Source: Curvularia clavata
Lineage: Eukaryota
Length of the DNA: 64,000 bases
Direction: 5' to 3'
Assembly: GCA_023920165.1 (NCBI GenBank)
Contig: CP089278.1
Span: 2,728,001-2,792,000, forward strand
Position numbers and translations under genes: made by a program. Under the pieces are notes generated by a model. It worked only from the letters and a program-made list of their open reading frames with translations. It did no database searches and was not told where the DNA came from. Shown here in pieces: positions 14,001 to 27,244 of the stretch; the stretch's first letter is position 1; each line of letters begins with the position of its first letter.

Positions 14001-14698
14001 TTTCAGTAGCAGCGCAGGAACGAAGCGTGAGCATAGCCACGCCTTGGCGCTAGCGGCGGCGGCGGCATGTCCAACGGGCGGGCTCAGCATGTTCAGTGAT
14101 GGAGAGAGACAGAGGGCAGCCATTGGCAACGGCCGTCTGTGAGACATGGCAGCGTGGAGTGTGATCAGGCGCCACGGCAGGCGGGCTCGCTAACTGGCAG
14201 CAGGCAGATGCTGAGTCACCCACGCAGCGCCGCCTGTGGGAGGGCAGAAGCGTGTGGCGGGTGAGAGTTGGTTGATGATGGCTGGGCCGAAGCACGAGAA
14301 TAGAGGCGCTACGCCGGCCGGCTGGCACGACTCGGTGCCGCGCGAGGGCAGCCGTAAATAGCGACGGCGTGGGACGAGCCAGCGTAGTATGGATAGATGG
14401 TAGCAGTGGGCAAAAAAAAGTGAGGCCAGGGCGGCGACAGTGATGGGCTCAGGCCAAACGGGCGCAGCAGGCGGAACGGGCAGCAAGAGGGATTGACTGA
14501 GTGAGTGACAGGCGCTTTGTGGGTTTGGGTAGCGTGCCGTCATCGCCAGCATCGTGTGATGGCGGGTGACGCATGGGGAGCTATTTTTGACCTGGAGATA
14601 TTGGACGGCCCCGGCTCGCGCAGTCTTGATGTCGCGAGTGGCAGCGGGCTGGCCGTTGGCATCAGCAGAGGCAGGCTGTGTAGGTAGTAGTAAGAAAG

Positions 14699-15162
14699 GG
14701 ATGGATGGATGGATTCAGGGCGGGCAGGCAGGCAGGGCAGGTAGGCTGCACGCATCCAGCATCCAGCAGCCAGCAGAGACACTGCACACTGCACACTGCT
14801 GCACTGCACGCGCGAGGGAAAAAAATTAGCAGCGCGCGCCCCGAAGCTGACCCGGGGCCCATGGACGGCGGGCTGGAGCTGCCGGTTGCAGACAAGGGCC
14901 CAGCATGCTACTGGTCGATCCTGCTCCACGCACGGCCCGCCTTGCTGTTGGCTCGGTCGTCGGACCTCGATGGCCGTTTTGCACGCCTCTTGCGCGCTGA
15001 GCACACCCACCCCCCCCCCCCCCGCCAGCGCGGCTCATGCGCTGCACCACCACCGGCACCAGCATCAAACGTCTGTCCCAGTAGTCCCAGTCCCAGTCCC
15101 AGTCCCAGTCCCAGTCTCAGCCGAATCCAACCAGGGGCCCAACTGCTGCTGCTGCTGCTGCT
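14699..15162. repeat. Simple-repeat cluster upstream of the Zn2Cys6 gene: (GGAT)4, C14 (15010-15023), (AGTCCC)5 (15083-15116), (CTG)6 (15143-15160)
   Basis: Directly visible. Confidence 0.85.
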
Positions 15163-16066
15163 ACCACCCCCAGCTGACAGTCCACCAACTCCTGCCCACG
15201 CCCACGCTCACGACCATGCAAGCAGGGGTCGACCTCACGAGCTCATTCACTCCCAGGGCCCACGACCAGATTTGTGAACAATGCAGCCCATCATCATCAT
15301 TCACCCGCCAATTCAGCCATCAAATCTACATGCTACTACGCACATAGTAACTGAATACACCATCCTGGCCCCGTGCCCAGCCGGCCGGCTTGCCTGTACT
15401 GTCCCGACCAACCTACCCCACAGGCAGGCTCCCTCGCATGCCCTCAGCCAAGCCATGACGGCCGCCTCTCTGCTCACAATGGCGACGGGCGTCCATGGCC
15501 ACTGGCAGAGAAGCTTAATCCCCACGGGAGTTACACCGGGGCCATGTCATACGAGCATGAGCCAGCCGGTCCCATCAGCGTGAATCATTCAATCCAGCAA
15601 CTGTAGCTCCCGCAAGCTTCGCCGTAGTCCCTGCTAGCTCCTCCTCGTTGCTCTCGGCTGCTACCCACACACTCGAGTCCCCTTCCCTACTACGCCCTCC
15701 GTGGCGTCACTGCTATTTGTGTGGACGCTATGCCACTGCTAAACCTCCTTGGCCCCGTTTCCGCATCTTTGTCGTTGGCTCCCGAGCACAAGTCACCCTG
15801 CGCTTTTGCTCACATACCACCCAAGTCCACCTCCAGCCTGCCGACCCTCTAGTCTCGTAGCCTTGTCCTGATCCTGCATGGTCGCGGTGCAGGGGGCAGC
15901 TTGCAGACGAGCTTGACCCCATCCGCTGTCACCTCGTCCTGACCTGTCGTACCCTCGTTGCCTGTCCACCCGGCGGAGGTATCGCTGCCTTTGCGTCAAT
16001 ATCGAGACCAGCCCTAAAGCTATCTAAGCTTATCCATCCTATCTGCACTCTGCACCCTGCCTGCAC

Positions 16067-16073
16067 TATATAT
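16067..16073 (+). promoter_or_regulatory. TATA-like element preceding a pyrimidine-rich, AUG-free leader of the Zn2Cys6 gene
   Basis: TATATAT ~350 nt upstream of the ATG; no ATG seen on + between ~15880 and 16417. Confidence 0.4.
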
Positions 16074-16416
16074 CACCACCAGCCCATCCTCCACCACGCC
16101 TGCTAAACTGCTCGCACACAACACCCTGTTCAATTTATTCACCGGTTTCGACCCCATTACCCTCGCTTTTATCAACCTACGCGCCACTTCCACTACACCT
16201 TTTTGGGTCTCTTCCCTCCTCCTCTCGCTACCTACCCTCCAACCCAACCCATCCCAAACCATACTCATCATCATCGTCGCCCCAACCAACCTCCCCCCGA
16301 CGTGACAAACTTGGCCTGCCAACATCATCTACAACCCGACGACGTTTGCAACCTTCTCATCTTCCATTGGACCACTTTGATCAATTCTTCTTCCCCTCCC
16401 AAAAGAGATAAAGAAA

Positions 16417-18315
16417 ATGGCTGGTCCCGGTGGTGGTCCTTCAAGGCGCAGCCATACCAAATCCCGAAAGGGTTGCAAGACGTGCAAGAGGAGGCATATT
16501 CGCTGTGATGAAACATTCCCGCAATGGTAATTATTACCACGTCTCTGTTTTGCCCGTGCCCCTCCACCAACTGACGCCAACCTCAGCCGCAACTGCACAA
16601 AGCATCAAGTCCGCTGCGACTACATGGACAGTCCTTCTGCCATGATGCCAGAATCGCCTCAATCTCCCCAGCAGCCTAACCTGCTCTGGACACCCGAGAT
16701 CGAGGCCACCATTGAGCTCTGGAGACAGACGGGCGAGTTCCCCTTCCCAGAGCTCAGGGTGTACCCTCAGCCCCAATGGCGTGCTTTGACGACGGTTGAC
16801 CTCCGTCTCATTCACCACCTGTCTTCCATCTCCAACGAGATGTTCAGAAACAGAACCTCAAAATCCACTCTGTGGACCGACATGATGCCCAAGTACGCAC
16901 AGAGTCCCCCCGTTTCTACTCTCGCTTGTCCTCGGAGCATACTGACACTGCCAGATTCCTGAGCATTGCCGCGTCCCATCCATTCGTTATGCACAGCATC
17001 CTTGCCTTCTCTGCCTCGCATCTGGCCTGGATCTCACAATCCACCGAGACACGCAACCTTGCTTTTCACCACGCCAGTCTTGCCCTCAAGGGCTTGCACG
17101 ACGGAATTACAAACTTTACTAAACACAACTCAGACGCAGTACTTGCGTCTTCTCTTCTCCTCGCATGGCAGGCGACGGACTGGTGAGCATGGTTCCCGAA
17201 CCCTTTTTGCTTTTTCACACGACTAACCCAAGGCGCTTAGGCGAGGCTGGGCCTCTCTAGTTACCGGTACAAAAACAGTAAGCTGACTGAAGATCTCTAT
17301 CAAAGCACGAAAACTAACCCTACCACAGGTCATTCAGTCCATGCAGCCCTGGAGGCACGAGTCTCTCTTCGCCGACTACATTGCAGAACACACACCCATG
17401 CCTGACCGACATTTCATGAACCCCATCAGCACCCCGATATCACCAGAAGCACGCAGAGAACAATTGAACGCCCTCGTCGACATCCACGCCTCGCTACAGC
17501 GACTGCAACCCTACCTGGTCCGCAACGAACAGGAATCCAAATGGGTGGATCAGCTGAAGGGTTACCTTGACCGTCTGAGGTCGTCGAGTCCAGCACAGAG
17601 CCCCGAAGAGCAGTTCAACCAACTCTATGCCCTCCGCAAGTGGCTGTTCTGGGTGCCCATTTCACTTTTGGCTGCCAAGCGGGGAGACATTATTGTTCTG
17701 GTCATTCTGGCACACTTCTATGCTACTGCCTTAGCCTTGGAGCCAATATTCCCCGACGTGGCCTCGGTCTTTGTCGCAGACCTGTCACTTTGTCCGTTGG
17801 AGGAGATCAATCAGCTTGTGCAAGGATTCCAAGACGCACGCTATGACTCGCACGTACAGACCATGTCGTGCTTGATACGATTCCCCATGGACATGGCAGC
17901 TTCGTACAAGGCAAGGCGAGAATGGTCAAGACAACAAAGCATGGCCATGACACCCATGCACCAGCAGCCGACTTACGCACTAGAGTCGATTAATCAGGAT
18001 TTGGAGAACCACATTGCGCAGTATAGTTATGGCCAGAGTCTGTCTCCAGCGTTTGCACCATCACCGCTCACGTTTCTTCCTCCCGGCATGACGTCTGCGC
18101 CAACATCGCCCTATCTCGAAGTGCCTCGCTCGTCGACTGTGGACGCATACGGGACGCCTAGCAGCAGCTATGCGCCATCGAACAATTTTGCGTCTCCACT
18201 CGGGTCACCTGTAGCGCTACTGCCGCCATATTCGGCCCCCCAAGAGCATGCAATGTCATTTGGCATGCAATCGGGCTATCCCAGCGGGTTCGTGGCTACA
18301 CCTATCTGGACGTGA
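16417..18315 (+). CDS. Zn(II)2Cys6 transcription factor, Upc2/Ecm22-like family; exons 16417-16526, 16587-16892, 16955-17182, 17241-17277, 17329-18315
   Basis: Spliced N-terminus 'MAGPGGGPSRRSHTKSRKGCKTCKRRHIRCDETFPQCRNCTKHQVRCDY' (CX2CX6CX6CX2CX6C); fungal TF domain 'HPFVMHSILAFSASHL...NSDAVLASSLLL'; four canonical introns. The Zn cluster is missing from the ORF track because an intron splits it. Confidence 0.92.
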
Positions 18316-18951
18316 ACAAACGGCAGGCTGAACGAACCCCCAGGAACCAAATGAGTCCCACTGCGCTCCAGGTTGCGGCTTCTGGAGCGCACTACCACCA
18401 GCACGTTGCTTCGCCGAACTTGGAAGCCGGGCAGGACCAGACGCCGACTGCGGGGTATGCGCCAGGCCAGTACAAATACAGCCAGGCCTGAGCACCATTA
18501 TTTCCCAGGATGAAGAAATGGGATGAGACACATCCGTTACGGCCCGTTGTCGTCATGTCGACAGCTGCACGGGACAACAGCAGAACCATTTCGGATGGAT
18601 TAGCCATGGGGCCATGTGGCCATGGGCTGGGTGGGTGGTGAGGTTCAAGCAAGTTGGCCCGATGACATGCACTCAGTTGCAAGTTGAGCGCTTTGGCGGT
18701 AAGCCACTCGGGGACTGGCGGCGGCGGGGCTTCGGCGCACCAGCTGGGGCAACAAAAGATGGAAAGGTTTAGCGAGTGGGAAATGTTCTGCACGGGCATG
18801 CCAACAGGTGCGCTCCTATCCTGTTACGTCAGGGTAACTGGACCGGCGCTCGCTAAGGGGGGGTTGCGCGAAGCGGACACATGGCCCTGGCGGAACCTGT
18901 ACGCCCTGTGGCCGAAACTGACAAGGTCGTCACACACGTACTACCTAGATA

Positions 18952-18977
18952 CACACACCCACACCCACACCCACACC
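18952..18977. repeat. (CACACC)n hexamer repeat
   Basis: Directly visible. Confidence 0.8.
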
Positions 18978-19649
18978 TGTTTGGATGCGACTTGGGCACA
19001 AGCGCGAACATCAATCTCGGACGAATTAGACGTAGAATGAGAAGGAACCCATATATTAGACGACAAATTAATCCATGCCTAGACGGAGCGCATTTGTGCG
19101 GCTTTGACACACTTTTTTTTTGGTATTGTGTTCATGTTTGCTCTCTCTCTTGTTGTCTCTCTCCTCGGAGCAGTAGAGGAATAACGAGTCTTGCAGGCCC
19201 CCCCTTAGCCGTCGCCGACAGGGTCGCAAGGGTAGACAAGTTGGAGGATGCACACAAGAATTAAGGTTGGCCAGTATGGTCTTAGCTCCCTGGTTCTAGT
19301 GGCTTTTCCCCGTGACGGCCATGGTTTGCCCTGCGTTTTTGGCGTCAAAGGCGGACAGGCCGCTTTGCCAAATATAGCAATGGCCCAGCCAATGGGCAGC
19401 CCGCGCCTCGGCAGCCCTGGTCGCAGCCCACCCAGCAGGCTGGTTTTACGTACAAAGCGCGCTCGACACTCCCCAGGCTACTCTGCTTGCCTGCCAAGTT
19501 TTGTCCGCCTAACAGGCCATGCAGGCAAACTGTCCATGTAGCAGTCGTATGATTCTAGAAAGACAACCGTACGCTAGTCTATGACCGACGGCACGACCAG
19601 CATCGCGCGCATGATGTCATTCCAGGCGGCCGGTTCTGGTTCGGTTCTA

Positions 19650-19743
19650 GCGGGTAGTGGGACTTGAACCCACCATGTTCGCTGCGCGCACCGCCACGCG
19701 TCCGTTGGCTAGACGCTGCACACTATGCTACGCTTTCGCCCGC
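19650..19743 (-). other. tRNA-like element with Pol III B-box T-arm and A-box; not a canonical tRNA
   Basis: Minus strand has GTGGG-TTCAAGT-CCCAC (perfect T-arm) and TAGCATAGTG upstream; acceptor spacing and anticodon loop are non-canonical. Confidence 0.25.
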
Positions 19744-22700
19744 CTGCGTTTTGGGGCTTGCTTGCGACGTGTCAATGCTAGCACCGCCACAAGCCCCGGC
19801 TCTCGGCACCATGCTACCCTCGACGTCGACGACGATCTCCATCGTCGCGTAGCGGGTTTTTTCTTTTTCTTCGACAGAACCACTCTGTGCACGCCAATGC
19901 TTACAAACGCCGCTTAGCAAATCCTTCTGCCAACCCCAAAGACCCCGCGTAACCGTCAAGACGATACGCGAGTTGCAACGTCCAAGGATGCAGCATGCAC
20001 GCGAAGATCCTCCTCGCACACTCTTCGCTACCACGACACGCGCACTGCATCGGCTACTGGATCCAAACCTTGAACGACGTCAGATCAGATACCAGATGCA
20101 TTCACCGACATTCTTGTTGGACACCTAGTCCATACCAAGTGCTTAGCTCGTAGAGACTAGACTGCTTGATCCGTCCTCTCGGAGCCGCGGCAGTCTTGGG
20201 AGACAAGACTCGAGAGAGGAAAAAAAAAGCCATGGCAGATGCCGGAGCGGCCCAAAACATGCCGCGCGCGCACTGCGCTGACCCATACGTTTCGGGCGTT
20301 CTTAGCTACCAACATGACAAGCCCTGCAGGTACCCAATTCCCAGCCCCCTGATCGCCTATCTTTGTGGTCCTGCGTCGCCAGGGACGGACAAACGCGCGC
20401 ATTCGAAGCACTTTTTGCTCCGTCACCGCACAAGACATGTCAGACCCACTAACCAGTTCGCCGTTGATCTTCGGACTTTTCGCTTCGTTGCTAGCTCGGG
20501 CTCCGCTTTCTCCATGCCGCGTCCGATGGGCATCTCAATCTGATTGTTGGTCACTAGTAGACCACCAACAAGAGCTATTGAGGGTTCCACCGTTGTTGTC
20601 GTTATGTCCGGCTGCCCCTCATTGGTGTATCAACCAACTCTGTCATGCCGAGGCTTGTTTCTGTGCAACCGTCGTCGCCAATCAGCGCACGCACCGCGGA
20701 AGAATTACTTAGCTTCGGAGAAATACCCCCTCACCATGCCTCTTCTTACACTGCTAAGACGTGTAGGTGTAGACTGTTGTTGTCAGTGCTGATTTAAACG
20801 CGCAGGCAACGTGAATGCTCTGCAACTGCCAATGACTCGGAACTCTGCGATGGCTCGTCACGTGCCCAAGACTGCAGACTGACCGCTCCTCAGCCAACCT
20901 CGTCCATCTTCCATTGGCCAACACACAATCGCCATCTCCTGTCCTTACGCGCGTAAATGCGTTGCAGAACTAATTCAAATCAGGCCATTGATAATTCTTC
21001 TAGTCAGCACACGTTCTCTTCTCCCAGCCTACCACCTGGCCTGCGGAACTTCGGATGAACATTATGCCGAAACCCCGCCACATGTGGCGTCGAAGGGCTA
21101 AAGAACCAATCGTAGAATACGACTCGCGCATACATAACATTTGGCTCAAGGCACACTTGCGTTTAGGAAGAAGTAAAACTAGTCATAATCACACCACTAA
21201 CTCAGGATTTGCGTAATCCTACTCCCCTAGTCCATTCTCCGAGGGATGTCGCCTGAGTTCCTGGTCTTCTTTGGGACCTTGTTGTTTCCTGCATCCGCAT
21301 CTACCGTACGTATGTACGCACGTTCTGGAACTGCTGCCCTGACAGGCCCATAAAACTCCTGAAGAAATTTCGCCCCTCACGCTGCGCTGGTCCCCGGTAC
21401 ACCACCATGTCCACGCACAGCCATGTGATCTGACCGCCGAATCTTCCATCTACCGATGCGTAGTAGGCTATGATTCAAGCAACTTGAAAAGTCTCCGCCT
21501 ATGTCCCGGTCCAACCCTACCGCACCATGGCAAAGTCAGATTGACCCTGGTCGTCCCGCCGTCAAACGCTACTGCCGTCGCTACCACCGCGCCTACTATA
21601 GCGTACACGTGCCGTGACCGAAAAAAATACCTCTAACGGATACGGAGATCAACAAGTCGGCAGCGATCGACAGCGTCTAGAAGGGCACGAAGTTACTCTG
21701 GTCTGCAACGCGCGGCACCTCCAGCTGAGCCTCCTTGTCACCTTTTTTTTAGCCAACCTTCGGTACCCTTCCTGTCCACCAGGCTGCCTTTTCCATGGTT
21801 ATGATCTTGCAACCTAGCGTCTCTGGTCTGCGATAGCCTCACCTTGCTCGGCCTTCGAAGCGCAGATGCGCCGCAACATAAGCCCGAGCCTGCTAGGGGG
21901 GGCTAAAGGGACATCTCAGATACCGTAACGAACCATAGCTCTCAGAATTATGAGCTAACGGGACGCGCCGCGCGCCCGCCAAATAGATGAAAGAAAGAGG
22001 CGAGATAAGAAGTTTGGAGACTAAATCTCTTTTGAGATGCGCGTAACACACGTGTCTGTCAATGGGTGGGAGGTGGCTACTTCTGCCACCTGCTCTGCGC
22101 GCCCTACCCCCAAGGGAAAAAAAGATGGCGGAGGATCTAGGGTTCTCAGATCCTCATCTCGATTTGCCTGCCTATTTCGACAGACAGACAGAGAGCCTGG
22201 CAAACGCACACGTCGGCCCCCGAGCGCTTACATTCTGGAACATGGTCTGCTCACGTAAACAAGCCCATTTCGCGTTCAGGGCTGAACACGGTGGCACAGG
22301 GGATGGATACCTCTGGCCCGAAGTCGGCCGTTCGCACGTACATGGGCATTGTGGATACTGCGTACAGGCGTGTAAAATGAGACATTCCTCACGACTGGAG
22401 TTGGGATTATCTCAGCCACCCACATGCTCAGGCCGAGATATAGCCAAGTACATACGTACGTATGGTCTGTCTGTTACCTGTCCCTTCTCCTTATCTCCGT
22501 CTGTCTCGCAAGACTTATCGTAGTGCCGATAATACATGGACTGGGGTGTGTGTGGTACATACGCCGCCAACGTGTCACATTTTTCCGTTCGGGCCGGCTC
22601 GCAACGAAGAATCCATAACGAGCATAGTCAAGCACAGTACACACACTTCAGAGTCAGAAAGACAGCGTCGTGTGTGTAACAAACCAAAACGATTATGCAA

Positions 22701-25700
22701 CAGGGATGCTTTGATATTACTCCCATTTCTTATAGTCAACATGTAACCCCCTCTGGCCATCTTCTTGCAGGCATCCGATTCAGGTAACAAAGAGACCTCT
22801 TGGAAGTCATGGCGCAAAGTAAATTGCATTTGGTGTGTCGGCAAAACTAGGCTTGTTTCACGGAATATTTTTTGGGGGGATACCCCAAACCCCCCGGATT
22901 TGCTCTCCTAGGATATCCCCGTGGAGTTCCTCTGCTATGGAGAGACAGAAAGAGAGAGAGATGACATGGATGGTCGATGGTACAGTGTATGCATGCTACC
23001 ATGCTCTCACGATGCAAGTGTGTGTACACTTCTCGTCTACATACGAACAGGGGGAAGTTTCTTCGTTGCGAAGGGATATCGCTGCCACCGAATCCCCACT
23101 TCGAAATACTATTACAACATAGGAGGGGATCCCGATTCTTCGAGGCAAGCTAGTGTTGCGTCTCCCCTCCCCTTGTCCTTTTTCCATACTCTGGCGCTTG
23201 GCATGGTTTTCTATACACAACATACCTTGTGTTGCAAATCTCTCATATCCATTTATCTTCCCACCCAGTCCCTTTTCTTCCCTATCCGCTATTTACATTG
23301 CGTATTTCATCTATAGCTCCTTCGTCCCTGTTCTTCTTCTTCTTCACCCAGCTTACGCGCCATTGTGTCCAGATGTTATCAAACTGGGCTTCTTGTCACG
23401 CTCGAAAGCCCGGATGAATGTGACGTCCAGTCTATATATCTTCCCCCCCCCCCCTCCCCAACCCTTGCTGTGTACACAGCAGATTTCGCTTGTCAACAAC
23501 CTGCTATAAAATAACCTGAGGAGAAGATACACACAGGGTTCTAAATCATGTTTTGTGAACATGGATGGCATGTGTATTTTTTCTGCGCTGAATGGTGGAA
23601 TGGCAAAGGGTGTTTTAGGAAGAAGGAAATAAGATGGATTCAATTTTGTTGATATAGTACGCTTGTATAGAATAATGTTTTATTGAGATGTTGAAGATTG
23701 TCATATGCGCGATAACTACTTGATTGTCCCGTGGGTATTTGTGTGTATGAAGAAATATGTCACTGGCTTACAATGAGCACATTGAACATGGGAAGGGGAA
23801 AGGAAGTCGATTTGCGAAGAATGAGATGCCGGGAGAGGTGTGCAACGTATGGGTAGATAGGGTATTTGAGTGGTGTGTTAAATTCGCTTCACTTTACTGC
23901 ATATTTGTGTGGGCGTGGGAGAAGTATCTAGGAGGGCGAGTGCTCGGCAGGGGGCAGGAGTTTTCTAGTGAGAGGTAGGCTGGAAGTAGAGAGTTTAGGT
24001 GGCTCTCGTCGATGCCGTTCATATGTACGATAGAAGACGCAGGTGACGTGGGGATAGCTGGTGTGATGTGATAGACTGTGCTAGACAGCTTCGATTGGAG
24101 AATAGTCTTCGTTCGTCAATGGAAGCGCTGTCATCGGGTTAGGAATCAGGGTTCTTAGTTGCTTTGCGGGAATCTTTGTTTTGGGCCAGAGGCACAGGGT
24201 GTGGGATAATTGGATGCTACTGGGAATTCGTGGTAAAAGCACGGCTTGTAGAAGATTATCTTTCGCTTCTGAGATTGTAAATTCGTACATGAGGTTAGGT
24301 TTGGTGTTTGGGAAGTGTCAACAAAGTTTTTGACATGGGTGTCTCAGTGTGCATTGAGGATTTGCATGGGCGTTTGTCCATTGTCAAGAGAGACAATTGT
24401 CTCTTTTTGGCTGAATTCTTTCGTAGTGTTGGCATAATTTTGCCTTTAGAAGCTAATGTAACATTGGGCAACATGAATACAATTATTGCAACAAGAACGC
24501 CGGTAAGGACAAAGTAGAAAGAATCTTAGCGTTCACTGAGTATGGCGTGCTTATACAGACGGTTCTTAGTACCTACGTGAACCTTGGTTCGGCGTTGTTT
24601 TACTCATTATTGGCATGGCTTTGAGAAGTTCTTCTTCTCAACTTATCGAAAACAGCATTTGTATCAGGCTTATGAGCTTCGCCATCTACCATCAAATATA
24701 CCAAAAGCCTTGTATTTCTTTGTCAATACAGTTATCTTGCAACTGACGAAAATCGCCTCCTTATCTTCCCTCTCGCCAGATGCTAATGAGTGTCAATTGA
24801 ATCCAACCCACACTCAGGATACAAGTACATATGCAGTCTGAACGAGACGCAATAGTTTACAGCAATTTCATTATCATGGATATGTTCTCGGAATACACAA
24901 GGTGCTGAATTCGCTCTATGATGCTGTCTCATCTACTAAACCAGGTTTACGACGTCTCCTAATGAAAGATCGTGGGCAGTTCGCAAGTAATATCAATTGA
25001 GCTAATATTGGTATTGTGAGCGTTGCCCACAATGTTTCTGGAAAACCTTTCAATAACGTAATATTCTCAATTTTTCTTCGGGTAGCCGGTACATGAGCAG
25101 GCGCCCTCCACTGCTTATAGATTTGAAGTCAAGCCCTTCATACAAGCCGTGATTAGAGTTTTGAGCATGTTAGTACATAATGCTGTTGTGGACAAGTTTG
25201 TAGGTGGAAAAAATATGAAGACATAGCGAAATCACTAATCAACCCTTGATTATCTTTCATTACCGTTCTTCAACTAAGAACATCCAAACACAAGCCACAA
25301 CTACCAAATCTCAATAGTATGAAGGTTCACTGACTGGCTGTTGAATCAAAATTGAACCAAGAATATTGACTTTGATATGCACGTAGAGGTTTCTGGGTTA
25401 GCTTCAGCTTTAGTCAGGACATGATATTGTGTAAAATTAGCAGTCGTTCACTTGCATAGCGTGAACCAGATTATGCCCTTTCTTGTTGATATGTGCTGGT
25501 GACGATATGGACAACGCGATATGTTGGCGAGCCTAAGAACTGGAAGAGCTAGATGCGCCCGCACCTGGCACGATAGAGTTAACAATCATGCAATCGCCAT
25601 CGCGGTTGGATGTAGGCATAGGTATCAAAGATCCCGATCCCGTTGATCAAGGCCCAGTCGTTGATGCGTACTGCCCAACACCTTATGTCATCGTGACTAT

Positions 25701-26139
25701 CGCTAGTGTCCTCAACAGTATTGGGTTTGCTAAACAAACTCCCAAACGTTTCCTGCATCGATATATACTTTTGAGGTACAAGGAGACGATATACACAAGA
25801 CAACGAACAAAGTATATCTGATCAACTCAGCCAGTCTCATATAATCATCAATGGACATTGAATATCGCAAACGTAGATGCTGCAACACGCGTAATTATAC
25901 CAAATTCAGCCCGGGAGCCCTAATTCTAGCGCAGGTTTTAGTAAAAACCAAAAAGACACATCCTGGATACTTGGTACGATCTACGCAGGATAGCCCATGC
26001 CACTTGAAATGGCGGGGTTCTCGGAATGGTTCCGAACACGGGCCGATTTTGTTCCCGGCGGTAGGCGCCTCGCGATGGCGTAAGGGCCATCATTCAACAT
26101 CACATAGCCAGCAAAAGCAACTTACCTCCATACGCAATC

Positions 26140-27244
26140 ATGTCTGGAGGCTGGAACACGATAGAGTCCGATGCTGTTAGTGCGCCGTTTTGCCAAGCCT
26201 CCTTCACCTACTGACTCTCACAGGGCGTATTCACTTATTTGATCGAGAAGCTCGGTGTTAAGGACGTACAGTTCGAAGAGCTTACGACACTCGAACCTTC
26301 GGAACTGCAAAACCTTGGTACAATCTACGGCGTCATCTTTCTCTTCAAATACCCTACAGGCGAGAAGCCTAGCGACGTCCCTAAGGACGGCACTTACGAT
26401 TATGAGGCGGCCAACTCCCTCTTCTTCCCGGCGCAGACTATACAGAATGCCTGCGGAACACAAGCAATAGTCTCTCTGCTTCTGAACAGGGAAGAAGAGA
26501 TTGATATTGGCAAGGAGCTGAAAGAGTTCAAGGAGTTTGCCGGTGACTTCCCGCCAGATGTTCGTTGAACCAGCAAAGGATTTTAAGAACCATAGTGGCT
26601 GATCGATAGCAGCTGCGTGGCGAGACGCTCTCAAACTCAGACCTCATCCGCGAAACACATAACTCATTTGCGCGATCCTCGCCCTTTATCGATGAGACGC
26701 AACGAACAGCGACCGAAGACGACGACGTATTCCACTTCATCGCGTAAGCATTCAAGCCAAACAGAAAAAAACCACTTACTCCAAGCACCTAGCTGATACT
26801 CCAATCACCAGCTACACAAGCATAAACAATAAACTGTACGAACTCGACGGCCTCCAACCCGCACCCATATCCCACGGCGCCTGCACCTCATCCGAATTCC
26901 CCCAAAAGATTATTCCCGTTCTGCAACGCCGCATCGCCCGGTACCCCGCTACAGAAATCCGCTTCAACCTCATGGCCTGCTGTCGCGACCTGCGGATCCG
27001 CGCGCGCGAAATCGGCGATGAAGACGAGCTGGAAGAGCAGGAGGATAAGCGTGCGAGGTGGCTGTGGGAAAATTCGCTGCGAAGACACAACTTTGTGGGT
27101 TTTGTGGGCGAGCTGCTGAAGAGTGTGGTAAGGGCGAAGTTGGATCAAGGCGGCGATGCGTATGAGAAGTGGGTTGAGGAGGCCAAGGGCAGGTCGGCAA
27201 AGAGGAGGGAGGATCTGAGGAAGCAGGGTATTGCTGAGGACTGA
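26140..27244 (+). CDS. UCH2: Ubiquitin C-terminal hydrolase UCH37/UCHL5 (peptidase C12); exons 26140-26175, 26224-26559, 26613-26743, 26812-27244
   Basis: 'WNTIESDAGVFT', catalytic Cys 'QTIQNACGTQA', His 'VFHFIAY', Asp 'LYELDGL', and the ULD tail 'WENSLRRHNFVGF'; three GT-AG introns. Confidence 0.93.

Noticed and set aside
19720..19800. SRP RNA resemblance (CAGG..GAAA..AGCA on minus strand)
   Set aside because: Stem spacing does not fit helix 8 and there is no Pol III terminator.
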